Assembly (NCBI GenBank): GCA_043798995.1
Contig: JAZDOD010000010.1
Span: forward strand, 845-64,844
DNA: 64,000 nucleotides
Direction: 5' to 3'
DNA from: a bacterium
GTDB taxonomy: Bacteria > Patescibacteriota > Patescibacteriia > JAACEG01 > JAGUWE01
The notes under the pieces were generated by a model. That model saw nothing but the letters and a program-made list of their open reading frames with translations, did not search any database and was not told the DNA's origin. Below, one piece after another: positions 1 to 9,854 of the stretch. The first letter of the stretch is position 1. Every line of letters begins with the position of its first letter. The translations under genes and the position numbers were made by a program.

Positions 1-522
1 GCAGTGACGATGATAGTTGATTTGGGCGCTGTGACCACCAATATTTCAATTGTTGAAAAGGGCATTCCGCTTATTAACCGCAGCATTGATGTCGGCGGCA
101 AATCAATGACCAAAGCCATTGCCGATAGCTTGGAGATTACTTTTGCTCGCGCCGAACAATTTAAGCAGGACATCGGCATCGGCGGCGGCTCGGTTTCGGA
201 AACTGTCCCGGCCACCATTGAATCAGCCATTGCCCCGATTATTGATGAAGTAAAATACAGTCTGAATTTTTATCAGAACCAGAGTTTTTCTCTGGAGGAA
301 AAAGTTGATGAAGAAAAAAAAGTTGAGAAGATTATTCTGACCGGCGGGTCGTCGCTTCTCCTAAATTTAGCCGATTATTTTGTTAAGACCGTGGGAATTA
401 AGACTTATTTGGGCGATCCTTGGGCTATGATTTCTTATCCCGAGGAACTTAAGGATGTTTTGGGGGAAATTGGTCCTAAATTAAGCGTGGCAATCGGCCT
501 GGCAATGAGAGACATTGAGTAG
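1..522 (+). CDS. pilM: Type IV pilus assembly protein PilM, C-terminal part (truncated by window start)
   Basis: Actin/FtsA-like motifs IVDLGAVTT, IDVGGKSMT, IILTGGSSLL, VAIGLAMR; pilN/O/B/C follow. Confidence 0.88.
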   Translation, partial: AVTMIVDLGAVTTNISIVEKGIPLINRSIDVGGKSMTKAIADSLEITFARAEQFKQDIGIGGGSVSETVPATIESAIAPIIDEVKYSLNFYQNQSFSLEEKVDEEKKVEKIILTGGSSLLLNLADYFVKTVGIKTYLGDPWAMISYPEELKDVLGEIGPKLSVAIGLAMRDIE

Positions 523-583
523 AATTGAAAATTTACCAGTAAATTTTCAAATTTAAATTTCTAATTTTCAATTTTTTTCTTTA

Positions 584-737
584 TGTCATTGCGACAGCCT
601 GTCCAGAAACTGCCGAATCATACTCTACTGTCATTCCTGCGAAAGCAGGAATCCAGAAAAATAAGATAAATTTCAGATATTCTGGATTCCGCATCAAGTG
701 CGGAATGACAGTTTATAGACAGGCTGGCGGCAATCTC
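584..737. repeat. Nested palindromic element: GTCATTGCGA..GCAATCTC arm containing CAGCCTGTC..GACAGGCTG inverted repeats containing a TGTCATTCC..GGAATGACA unit (629-710)
   Basis: Read directly; 644-714 is a perfect 71-bp reverse complement of 49984-50054. Confidence 0.85.
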
Positions 738-812
738 ACGGGAAGCTGCAGGCTGACCCGTGTTCGCTGGTCACTAATGCTCCCGCTGAGAATTTTGAAT
801 TTGGTTAAGCTT

Positions 813-3800
813 ATGTTTTCTAAAAATACAGACAAAAAATTTTATAAAAAGAAAATATATTTGCTAACTTTTGGTTTTTTAATTGGTTTTGGTTTTTTTC
901 TTTTGGCTAAGACGGCACTAGCTCAATTCGGCCTGGAATACGCCACGGCTTCTGGCTTGGGTACGCGCGGACTTAAACAAACTGTTTTTACCGTCATTAA
1001 TGTTCTCTTGGGTTTCTTGGGCATTGTGGCCCTCGTTATTGTGATGTATGGCGGTTTTGTTTGGATGACAGCCGGCGGCAATCAGGAAAAGGTTTCGCGA
1101 GCCAAGAAAATTTTATTAAATGGCTTAATTGGCCTGCTTTTAATTTTAACTTCTTGGGGGATTGCCAATTTTGTTTTGGGCCAGCTTTGGGGAGCAACCG
1201 GCGGTGGCGGACCAACCCCGGGTTCGCCTTGTGATTGCGTGACAGAACTTGGAATTTGTTCCGGGTGTTTGCGTTGTCAGAATACAGGCGGACCGGGTGT
1301 TTGCACCTGGCAGAATGATGTAACTTGCGACCCGACTTGTTTTGGCTTGCCCGGCGCCAAGACCTTTTACGCTCAAAAATTCCAGCCAACTTCGCCGCCG
1401 GATGCCATTCGCAACGCTGTAGTCAGAATTACCTTTAAAGGAGTAAATACTTCAAGCCAGCCCGGAGCCATTAATTATGGTACGAACTTTTCCGTGATAG
1501 ATGTGACCGGCGGTAATGTTTTAGTCAATCCTGATGCGGCCGGTAGTTATCCTAAGGTGGTTGGCAACCGCTTGGAATTTAAGCCCGACACTAACTGTCC
1601 GCCGCCCAATGCCAGTTATAAATGTTTTAATAGCAATAATGATTATCAAATTGTTATTAGTAATTTACCGCCCAACACCGCCGTGATTTCCAATACGGCC
1701 GGCATTAATATTAATTGTATTTTAGGAGCTGGCTGCCAAGCTAATTTTCGCACCAATGATATTGTTGACACCACGCCGCCGCAGATCAGCGTTTCAACTT
1801 TAAGCCAAATTTGCGCCGGTACAACCAATACGGTTTATGCCAATGGCAAAGATGATTCTGGCATTGCTTATGTTGAATTTTATTACGACGATGGCAGCGG
1901 CGACGCTTTAATTGATACTGATAATGCACCAAACTGTCTTGGTGTACCACCTAATGTTAATTGTTCAGCCCAGGTTAATTGGGATACTTCAGGAGACCCT
2001 GATCTGGTGGCCGGCGGTACCGCCTTTCTCAAAGCCAAAGCTATGGATTTGGATTCCAATGAAGGTAATTCAGCCAATTATAAAGTGACTTTGCGGGCGG
2101 CTCATTGCTGTAACAGCATTCAAGATATGGATGAAGAAGCGATTGATTGCGGCGGAACCGACTGCGCGGCTTGCGCCGGCGCTAATTGCGATATTGATAT
2201 GCCAACCCCGGGCTGCCAACCTGACGATATGGTTTGCGCTTCAATTTTTTGCGATCCAAGTCCTGGCCCGAACGAGTGCAAATGCCAGCAGCCGCCGATT
2301 ATTGACTGGGTCCAGCCGGCCGGTGGTTTTTGCGACGGCTCAATCAATACTCCGTGCAACGATAATGCTGATTGTTCTACTTTTATTCCTAATACATGCA
2401 ATAATACCGATCCTAATGGCCGGCCGGGTAATTTTGTCACCATCGGCGGCAGATTTTTTGGCACGACATCCGGCACGGTTAATTTTAGAGGAGCCGCTGG
2501 CTGGATTATGGCTCTTCCCCCTATTTCAGTTAATCCGGCCTGTCCTCCTGACACTTGGACTGATCACGAGATTGTGGTAGCCGTGCCTAACGGGGTAGTT
2601 AATGGCCCTATTCAAGTTGAAACAGCCGCCGGTTATACTGACCAGACCGCCGATACGCGCGGACCGCTGGTTCCTGATTTTCTTGTTAATACTATTACTC
2701 GTCCCGGGCTTTGCCAGGCCGCGCCAAATAGCGGCCCTTACGCTACCTTAGTTAATTTGACCGGTGTGCGTTTTGGCCCGGCTGCAACTTCTCGGACCAT
2801 AGAATTTGGCAATGAAACGAGTTTTGTGCCCGGAGAAAACATTAACTGGATAAATAACGAAAACGCTAATGTTACCGTGCCTAATCTTCGGCCGGCAGAT
2901 GTCGGGCTTAGGATTAAAACAGATGATATTTACAGCAATTATTTGTCGTTTAGGGTTTTGCCCGGCACGGCCGGTGGGCCGTATATTTCTTATCTTGACC
3001 CTGTTAGCGGGCCGGTCGGACAATACATGACGATTTTTGGCGGTAATTTTGGCAATCAAGTAGGCACGGTTAAGTTTATTGATGGCGGCGCAAATGAAGT
3101 TAACGCCGATGTTAATTTTCCCAGCGAGTGTTTAAATAATTTTTGGCACAATAATTATATTATTGTCAAAGTGCCCAGTGCGGCCGGAGTAAACGACGTA
3201 AAAGTTATCACCCAAGCCGGCAAAGAAAGTAATGTTGTACCATTCACCATAACAGCCGGCACTCCTGGGCCGGGCATTTGCGCTCTGATTCCTGATAACG
3301 GTCCGGTTGGCACAACAGTTGATTTTTTTGGCGATAATTTTGGCGGAGCCCTGGGCCAGATAATTTTTCATAATAGTGTTTCCGCCCCCATTACCTCGTG
3401 GGCTAACCAGTCAATTAAGAGTTCAGTTCCTTTAGGCGCGGTAACCGGCCCGGTTTTTGCCCGCCGTGGCGGTCAGCCGTCAAATCAAGTGCCTTTCCGG
3501 GTCGGAGCTTGTCAGGATTCTTCCCAATGCCAAGCGGGCGAGGAGTGCTGCGAGGACAAGACCTGCAGGATAACTTGTCCGGAAAAAGTGGAAGCAATCT
3601 ACGGCTGGAGCTTTACCACCGGCGATTATTTTGTGGCTCAAAATTGTATTCGGGACATAGAGATTCCCGCGACCGGGCCAAAAGGCGGCAATATTTGCGT
3701 TAATGCCCAAATTGCCGTGCGTTTTACCACTACAGTTAATGATGCTTCTGTGCCACCTAATGTTGTAGTTGAAAGATGTGATAATGATGAATGCACTACG

Positions 3801-6800
3801 GTAAGTCCAGTTGCCGGAAATGTGACTATGGTTACTTTAGCCACCGATCCGGTGACTGAGGGCTTTACTTTTACGCCCAGCATTATAGTTTTATTTGATA
3901 CAAACACAACTTATCGCGTGACGCTCCGGGGCGGACCCGGCGGCATTGAAGACGAAAGCGGCACGCCGCTTATTGATGATTTTTCCTGGACTTTTAAAAC
4001 CAGAAACGACGGCCGCCAATGCGAGATTGATAAAATCAATGTGGCGCCGAATAATTCTAAATTAGTGCTGATGGGCGCTACCCAGGACTACGTGGCTCTT
4101 ATTACGGCCAAAGAAGATCCCTGCCTTTTGATTGATCCCAAGGGCTATACTTGGGCTTGGGAGTCAAGCAAACCCGAAGTTGCTCAAATTTCTGGGTTTA
4201 CTGTCAATACTGCTACAGCTGTGGCTATGGGAGCTGGTTCGACCGATATCATTGCCAAAATTCCTTCAGAAAATAAATCAGGTAAAGCCATCCTCACGGT
4301 TGATCTTTCCGGCCTCCAGGTTTTAAACGCCGTGCCTAAATGCGATACAACCTGCACCAATGCCCAGATTAGGGCGCGCTTTAGCAACTGGGTTGATGAC
4401 AATACTTTGGCCGGCAATCTTTTTATCTATCAGTGCCCGAATAAGGTCTGCGGTTCAGGTTTTACGCCCGTGGCTTTGAACGGCGCCAATCCTTATGATT
4501 ATTTCTGGAATGGTTTGACCGGCGATTCGCTTTTGGACATTAATCAGGCCGCTAATTTTAACCCCAATACTTTTTATCGGGTGATTATCAAAGGCGGCCC
4601 AGCCGGTATTAAAAATTATTTAGGCGGGGGACTTTCTAATCCGAATTATAAATCATCCGCGGGCGAGGAATGCGAACCACCCGGTTTCCCGGGTTGTAGT
4701 GCGAGTTGTTTACACACCAGCGGCGAATGTACGCCTGGCTCTTTAGGTTGTAATGGCGCAGGGCTTCATACCGGTTCAATCGGTTCAAGCTGCGGCAATG
4801 GCGCGGTTGAGCCGGCACGGGGAGAAAATTGCGATCCTAGCGCTCCTGGCTATGGGCCAAGTGGTTGTGATAGTACAACATGTTTACTCAAAGGTAGTAT
4901 TTTTCCAGCTATTTGTGGCGACAGTTCCACGCCGGATAGGGTTCACGGTGAGGCCTGCGATGATAGAAATCAGACAGCCGGCGACGGTTGTTCGCCAAAA
5001 TGTTTGCGCGAAGGCACAGTGGCGCCAATTTGCGGCGATGGAAATATTGATCTTGGCGAGGACTGCGATGATGGAAATATTACTAACGGCGATGGCTGTT
5101 CGGCTAAATGCCTTGCTGAAGGAGCGATCGGCTCGGTTTGCGGCGACAGAAGAGTCGGCCTTGGCGAGGATTGCGACGACGGCAATACTGCGCCAAATGA
5201 CGGCTGTTCAGGCAGTTGTTTAAGCGAAGGCGCAACTGGTTTGGCAGTTTGCGGCAATAATGTAGTTGAAGATGGCAAAATTAATGATAGCTATTCCTGG
5301 GTTTTTGGCGTGGGCAATGCCATTTGTCAGCCCTTGCGAAGCGAAGTGGTACCAGCTAACCTTACCACCATTATAGGCAAAACCATAGATTATTTGGCTA
5401 ATGTTTATAGCTTGGCTGATGAATGCTCGCCCACAGGGCAATTATTGGATGCCGACGATTATCCTTGGGAGTGGACAACTAACAATGCTTTTGTGGCCGA
5501 TTTTGATCCGCCGCTTCCATTACCGCCTCATCCTCCGCGAGAAACGGTCAAAACCCTGAACGTTGGCAATGCCCAGATTTGCGCTTCGGCTGACACAACA
5601 ACGCCTCCGGATGGAACTTATGATCTTCAGGACTGCGCTGATATTGTGGTGCAAAATCCGGGCCCTCGGCGTTGCCAGCAATCGGGCAATGCTTGCTGTG
5701 CCAATGGCGTATCAAGTTGCGAGCCGGCTTATAAATGTCTGGAAAATCAGAGCTTGCCAGCTTGCCCTTGGTCGCCCGGCTTTTTTCAGGATTGCCTTTG
5801 TTGTTGCGATCCAACGGATGATAAGTGTCCGGCCCCGCTTTCCTGCTACGCTGACAAAGCTCCTTGCGCGGGCGCTAACCGCGGACTTTGCTGCGGCTGT
5901 AAGCAAGACAGCGAATGCCCTGACCCGATAGGTGAGGGCTGCGGCAGTGACAAGTGTTGCCATAGCCGTCCGGCCGTTGCAGCTACTCTGCCGGCGAATA
6001 ATGATGCCAATATCTGTCGCAATCTTAAAATCAGAGTTGACTTTGATCCGCTTGAGCCAATGCAGACCTCAAGTTTTGTTGGTAAAGTAGAAATGATAAA
6101 AATGAGCGACAGCAGTGCAGTTAAAGGGATGACTTCTTCAGCCGGTAACACTATTTTATATTTTAGTCCACAAAGTATTTTAGAACCACAAACCCAATAT
6201 CGCGTTACGATTAAAAAGGAGGTCTTAAGCATTTATAAAGTAGCAATGGCGGCTGATTATATTTTTTCCTTTACTACAGGCGATATCATCTGTGAGGCCG
6301 ATTATTTAAAAGTTTCAATCCAGCATGATGCCGATCTTTTTGTCACAACTAATAAAGATCTTTTCACTTGCGCCAAGACCAGCGGTTGTATCGATGATAC
6401 CAATACAACCATCTTGCCTCCTGATATACCTGACAATCAGCACCTTTATTTAGCCGAAGCCATGGATATGACCGGCGTGGTTTTAACCGGCTATGATTAT
6501 AATTGGCAGACCACTGACCCCGATGATATTGTTAATCCTAATACTTGGGCTTTAAATTCAATTACCGTTACGGCTAATAATAAAAAAGGCCGGACGACCT
6601 ATAATGTTAAGGCTACGCCACAACTCACTTCTGGCAATACCGCCGCTGTTTCTAACTATGTTTATGTGACTAACTTTATTTGCGAGAATCCTTGGCCGGC
6701 GGTTAATAATTGGCCTTGGATTGATGATTCGGTTTTAAATCCAAATTCAATTTGCAATACCCCCGGTTGCTTTAACGTTAATACTCAATTCCAAATAATG

Positions 6801-6923
6801 TATTGCCGCGATGCTGGCGGCCCGGGCCCAGCCGATGATCTGCCGGAGTTAAAATGGGATCCGCCGCTCATTCCCGGCCAAAGCGGAAATCTTCTCAAAG
6901 AATTTTATTTTGTGGTACCGTAG
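813..6923 (+). CDS. Giant Cys-rich surface protein: N-terminal VirB2/TrbC-like CPR pilin domain, Ig-like domains, IPT/TIG repeats, myxococcal-type Cys-rich repeats
   Basis: INVLLGFLGIVALVIVMYGGFVWMTAGGNQEKVSRAKKIL pilin motif; GPVGQYMTIFGGNFG IPT repeats; CGDGNIDLGEDCDDGN repeats. Start moved to ATG 813 because ATG 705 lies in the repeat end. Confidence 0.8.
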   Translation: MFSKNTDKKFYKKKIYLLTFGFLIGFGFFLLAKTALAQFGLEYATASGLGTRGLKQTVFTVINVLLGFLGIVALVIVMYGGFVWMTAGGNQEKVSRAKKILLNGLIGLLLILTSWGIANFVLGQLWGATGGGGPTPGSPCDCVTELGICSGCLRCQNTGGPGVCTWQNDVTCDPTCFGLPGAKTFYAQKFQPTSPPDAIRNAVVRITFKGVNTSSQPGAINYGTNFSVIDVTGGNVLVNPDAAGSYPKVVGNRLEFKPDTNCPPPNASYKCFNSNNDYQIVISNLPPNTAVISNTAGININCILGAGCQANFRTNDIVDTTPPQISVSTLSQICAGTTNTVYANGKDDSGIAYVEFYYDDGSGDALIDTDNAPNCLGVPPNVNCSAQVNWDTSGDPDLVAGGTAFLKAKAMDLDSNEGNSANYKVTLRAAHCCNSIQDMDEEAIDCGGTDCAACAGANCDIDMPTPGCQPDDMVCASIFCDPSPGPNECKCQQPPIIDWVQPAGGFCDGSINTPCNDNADCSTFIPNTCNNTDPNGRPGNFVTIGGRFFGTTSGTVNFRGAAGWIMALPPISVNPACPPDTWTDHEIVVAVPNGVVNGPIQVETAAGYTDQTADTRGPLVPDFLVNTITRPGLCQAAPNSGPYATLVNLTGVRFGPAATSRTIEFGNETSFVPGENINWINNENANVTVPNLRPADVGLRIKTDDIYSNYLSFRVLPGTAGGPYISYLDPVSGPVGQYMTIFGGNFGNQVGTVKFIDGGANEVNADVNFPSECLNNFWHNNYIIVKVPSAAGVNDVKVITQAGKESNVVPFTITAGTPGPGICALIPDNGPVGTTVDFFGDNFGGALGQIIFHNSVSAPITSWANQSIKSSVPLGAVTGPVFARRGGQPSNQVPFRVGACQDSSQCQAGEECCEDKTCRITCPEKVEAIYGWSFTTGDYFVAQNCIRDIEIPATGPKGGNICVNAQIAVRFTTTVNDASVPPNVVVERCDNDECTTVSPVAGNVTMVTLATDPVTEGFTFTPSIIVLFDTNTTYRVTLRGGPGGIEDESGTPLIDDFSWTFKTRNDGRQCEIDKINVAPNNSKLVLMGATQDYVALITAKEDPCLLIDPKGYTWAWESSKPEVAQISGFTVNTATAVAMGAGSTDIIAKIPSENKSGKAILTVDLSGLQVLNAVPKCDTTCTNAQIRARFSNWVDDNTLAGNLFIYQCPNKVCGSGFTPVALNGANPYDYFWNGLTGDSLLDINQAANFNPNTFYRVIIKGGPAGIKNYLGGGLSNPNYKSSAGEECEPPGFPGCSASCLHTSGECTPGSLGCNGAGLHTGSIGSSCGNGAVEPARGENCDPSAPGYGPSGCDSTTCLLKGSIFPAICGDSSTPDRVHGEACDDRNQTAGDGCSPKCLREGTVAPICGDGNIDLGEDCDDGNITNGDGCSAKCLAEGAIGSVCGDRRVGLGEDCDDGNTAPNDGCSGSCLSEGATGLAVCGNNVVEDGKINDSYSWVFGVGNAICQPLRSEVVPANLTTIIGKTIDYLANVYSLADECSPTGQLLDADDYPWEWTTNNAFVADFDPPLPLPPHPPRETVKTLNVGNAQICASADTTTPPDGTYDLQDCADIVVQNPGPRRCQQSGNACCANGVSSCEPAYKCLENQSLPACPWSPGFFQDCLCCCDPTDDKCPAPLSCYADKAPCAGANRGLCCGCKQDSECPDPIGEGCGSDKCCHSRPAVAATLPANNDANICRNLKIRVDFDPLEPMQTSSFVGKVEMIKMSDSSAVKGMTSSAGNTILYFSPQSILEPQTQYRVTIKKEVLSIYKVAMAADYIFSFTTGDIICEADYLKVSIQHDADLFVTTNKDLFTCAKTSGCIDDTNTTILPPDIPDNQHLYLAEAMDMTGVVLTGYDYNWQTTDPDDIVNPNTWALNSITVTANNKKGRTTYNVKATPQLTSGNTAAVSNYVYVTNFICENPWPAVNNWPWIDDSVLNPNSICNTPGCFNVNTQFQIMYCRDAGGPGPADDLPELKWDPPLIPGQSGNLLKEFYFVVP

Positions 6924-6926
6924 TTC

Positions 6927-7488
6927 GTCATTCTGATCCGCCAGTTGGCGGAGAAGAATCCCGAACAGTTTTATGAAAGAGAACTTTTATGTTTACATTG
7001 CCACCAATAAACGAAATACCGTTTTTTATACTGGGATAACCAGTGATTTGGCAAAAAGAATGTGGCAACATAAACAGAAAGAGGTCAAAGGTTTTACTAG
7101 TAAATATAACATTAACAAATTAGTCTATTACGAGATATTTTCCAATCCCCAAGAGGCAATAGCAGCTGAAAAGAAAATCAAAGGTTGGACAAGAAAAAAG
7201 AAGATTGATTTAATCAAAGAGATTAATCCTGAATTTAAAGATTTGTCAGAAGAACTATAATGAGATCCTTCACTGCGTTCAGGATGACTACTTTTTTCGT
7301 CATTCTGAGCGGAGCGAAGAATCCCGAACAACATTAAAGGGGATCCTTCACTGCGTTCAGGATGACAAGAGAAGATGTTCAGGATGACAAGAGAAGATGC
7401 GTAGGATGACTACTTTTTTCGTCATTCTGAGCGGAGCGAAGAATCCCGAACAAGATCGGATGGGATCCTTCACTTCGTTCAGGATGAC
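6927..7488 (+). mobile_element. GIY-YIG-associated palindromic array: one gene-filled unit (6927-7288), two empty 68-bp units (7299-7366, 7421-7488) and two 22-bp partial repeats
   Basis: Left arm GTCATTCTGA..GAAGAATCCCGAACA and right arm GATCCTTCACT(G/T)CGTTCAGGATGAC each occur three times; mobility is inferred. Confidence 0.75.
6973..7260 (+). CDS. Stand-alone GIY-YIG nuclease (UPF0213-like)
   Basis: FYVYI...FYTGITSDLAKRMWQH...FTSKY...LVYYE...AIAAEKKIKGWTRKKK signature. Confidence 0.9.
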   Translation: MKENFYVYIATNKRNTVFYTGITSDLAKRMWQHKQKEVKGFTSKYNINKLVYYEIFSNPQEAIAAEKKIKGWTRKKKIDLIKEINPEFKDLSEEL

Positions 7489-7582
7489 CACCCTCAGCAC
7501 AAGATAGTCATTGGCCCTATTGGGCAAAAGTAAATTTATCCATTCTATGTTAGTAAGACAAAAAACCAAACGAAAAAAATTA

Positions 7583-9763
7583 ATGCGCAAAAATCGTTCA
7601 CAACTATTATTAGTTGTTAGTTGTATGTTGTTAGCATTATTGGTTGGTTTTGGTTTTTACTATCTTAACCTTAATTTTAAAAATTTTATCTTCTCAGCCC
7701 CCGCCCAGGCCCAAACCGAAAGCGCCCTGGCCATTCGCGTCTTCAAAAATCCCGACCACCTCTCGCCCGAACAATGGTACAAGGAAAATGTGCCTCACCC
7801 AAGCAATCCGCAGTCAACCGTGATTGATGGCTATCAAGCCATCCGCGATGGCCGCAGCATTTATGTCTCGGCCGCCAACTTAAACACCGTTGACAACCAG
7901 CTTCACTCCAACATTTATTTAATTTCCTACAGCGAAGGCGCTTCTACTGCCGCCCAAAAGATTTTTGAGGGAGTTTTGGCTAATTGGCAGTTTAACAGCA
8001 ATATACCGCCTAATAATGCAGGCAAAGTTTGCTCCAATGATTACACCACGGTCTGCAGCCAGGATAAGGATTGTCCCACAGGCGAAACTTGCTTAAACAT
8101 TGAGCCCAAACCCCGCCTCACCCGCGACGTGAAGCGACTGGCTGATCTCCAAGATATCCGCCAAGAACTGGAAGATTACAATTATCAAGCCGGCTCTTTT
8201 CCGACTTTAAGCTCCGGCACTTACATTCCCAAACTTTCTTTTTCCGTCTGGCCCAGCTGGGAAAAAACTTTGGGGCAAAACTTGGGTTCAACCTTACCCG
8301 CTGATCCAATTAACCGATTGATGGGCTGTACTAATCCGTATGACCCAACCACTTGTTGGGATAACAAATCTTTAGCTTTTCAGTGCCCCGGCAACTATTA
8401 CATTTATGCCTACCGATCGCCAACTCTTTCCGGCGACCAAGCCAAACTTTACACCAAATTAGAATACCGCGATCAAACCTGGGCCTCAACTTTAGATATT
8501 TTAACTAACCCCCAAGAATTATTAGATAATATATTAGCTAAGTGTCTGCTTAATTTTGGCCAAAATACCAATGATTATGATAATGATACTGTGCCTAACG
8601 GCGATGATAATTGTCCGACCATTCCTAATACGACCCAAACTGATTCAGAAGTTCCAATAAAAGACGGTATTGGCGATGCCTGCGACGCCTGCCCCAATGA
8701 CGCGCAAAACGACCAGGACAACGACGGTTATTGCCTCGGGCTGGCCAGTTTAGTTTTTGGCGACAAAAAAAGCAATGACAATTGCCCCACTATTTACAAT
8801 CCCAGCCAGCAGGAAAATCCAGCTATCCCAGGCACGGGTTTGGCTTGCTCGCGCTGTCAGGACGCTGATAGTGACAGCTATTGCTCTTATGCGACCGGCG
8901 GCGATGATTGTGATGACACAAAGGCTGATATTCACCCAGGCGCGCCAGAATTTTTCAATGGCCTTGATGATAACTGCGACGGCCGGATTGACGAATGCGA
9001 AAAAACAGTCGGCTTTAATGTTACCACGTCATTCGGCACGACTCAAGTAGCCCAGGCTTTTAGCTTGGACAAAGACGTCGAAGATCTTTACTCTTATGCC
9101 AGCGCCTCTGCTTATATATTTGAGTTTGATTATAATAAAGATGGCTGGGCTGATTGGTATCAAAGTCAAGCGAGCAATATTTTTATTTATCATAGCCGGA
9201 TCAGCAATCGTCTTTATTTAGGAATAATTCATAATATGGAACAGGGGGGCACTGGCACTGCTGATCTTGGCTTTTCAGGCCTGCCAGCTGACGCCACCTT
9301 TGTGATTAAGGATGACCCCAACCACGCCCCCGATACTTATAGCTTAACTCAAATTACACATGGCTGGAGCAAAAATAGCGACGGCGCCATAATTGACTTG
9401 GGGCCAGCCAGCCGGCCTTGGACAATCACTATTACCAACAATGGTTTTGGTGGCGTCGGTCCCGACCCGATTAATAAGTGGCGCCTGGCTTATCCGCGCT
9501 TCAACGGCATTAACTATATTGGTTTAGATATGGCCGCCGCCTCCTGGGTCAGGTTAGAATACGGCGGCAGCTTGAACCAGTCCATTCCCTGTTATAATGG
9601 CCCAGCGGGGACCGAAGATGTCGGGATTTGCCATGGAGGGTTTGCCACCTGTCAACTAACCGGGCTTTTAGGGACGTGCGTGGGTGAGGTTGTGCCCCAG
9701 ATAGAAAAATGCGGCAATGGCATTGATGAAGATTGCAATGGCTCTGATCTTGTTTGTGCATAA
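7583..9763 (+). CDS. Membrane-anchored Cys-rich protein with a pseudopilin-like segment, thrombospondin type-3-like and MopE-like metal-binding repeats
   Basis: N-terminal TM; RDVKRLADLQDIRQELEDY..GSFP; DNDTVPNGDDNCP..GIGDACD; DCDDTKADIHPGAPE..NGLDDNCDG; start uncertain (7547 or 7583). Confidence 0.72.
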   Translation: MRKNRSQLLLVVSCMLLALLVGFGFYYLNLNFKNFIFSAPAQAQTESALAIRVFKNPDHLSPEQWYKENVPHPSNPQSTVIDGYQAIRDGRSIYVSAANLNTVDNQLHSNIYLISYSEGASTAAQKIFEGVLANWQFNSNIPPNNAGKVCSNDYTTVCSQDKDCPTGETCLNIEPKPRLTRDVKRLADLQDIRQELEDYNYQAGSFPTLSSGTYIPKLSFSVWPSWEKTLGQNLGSTLPADPINRLMGCTNPYDPTTCWDNKSLAFQCPGNYYIYAYRSPTLSGDQAKLYTKLEYRDQTWASTLDILTNPQELLDNILAKCLLNFGQNTNDYDNDTVPNGDDNCPTIPNTTQTDSEVPIKDGIGDACDACPNDAQNDQDNDGYCLGLASLVFGDKKSNDNCPTIYNPSQQENPAIPGTGLACSRCQDADSDSYCSYATGGDDCDDTKADIHPGAPEFFNGLDDNCDGRIDECEKTVGFNVTTSFGTTQVAQAFSLDKDVEDLYSYASASAYIFEFDYNKDGWADWYQSQASNIFIYHSRISNRLYLGIIHNMEQGGTGTADLGFSGLPADATFVIKDDPNHAPDTYSLTQITHGWSKNSDGAIIDLGPASRPWTITITNNGFGGVGPDPINKWRLAYPRFNGINYIGLDMAAASWVRLEYGGSLNQSIPCYNGPAGTEDVGICHGGFATCQLTGLLGTCVGEVVPQIEKCGNGIDEDCNGSDLVCA

Positions 9764-9854
9764 GTTCACATTCAGTGTTTTAATTTTTAGTTACTTTGAG
9801 GTATAATAATAAAAAGATGTTTTTAAAAACTTTAAGCCTTATAGTAGATTTACT

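Noticed and set aside
705-812. ORF-track start at 705 (likewise 36811, 32663, 33509, 53991, 56517)
   Set aside because: These extensions arise from repeat ends, hairpins or overlaps; downstream ATGs fit the protein families better
1036-6232. Many overlapping short ORFs inside the giant genes
   Set aside because: Shadow frames with no recognisable motifs
7261-7488. CRISPR array
   Set aside because: Spacers are only 10 nt, units are bipartite inverted arms, and no cas genes are present
7128-7590. Short minus-strand ORFs over the repeat array (also 49868-50074, 51126-51392)
   Set aside because: They are translations of palindromic repeats overlapping real genes
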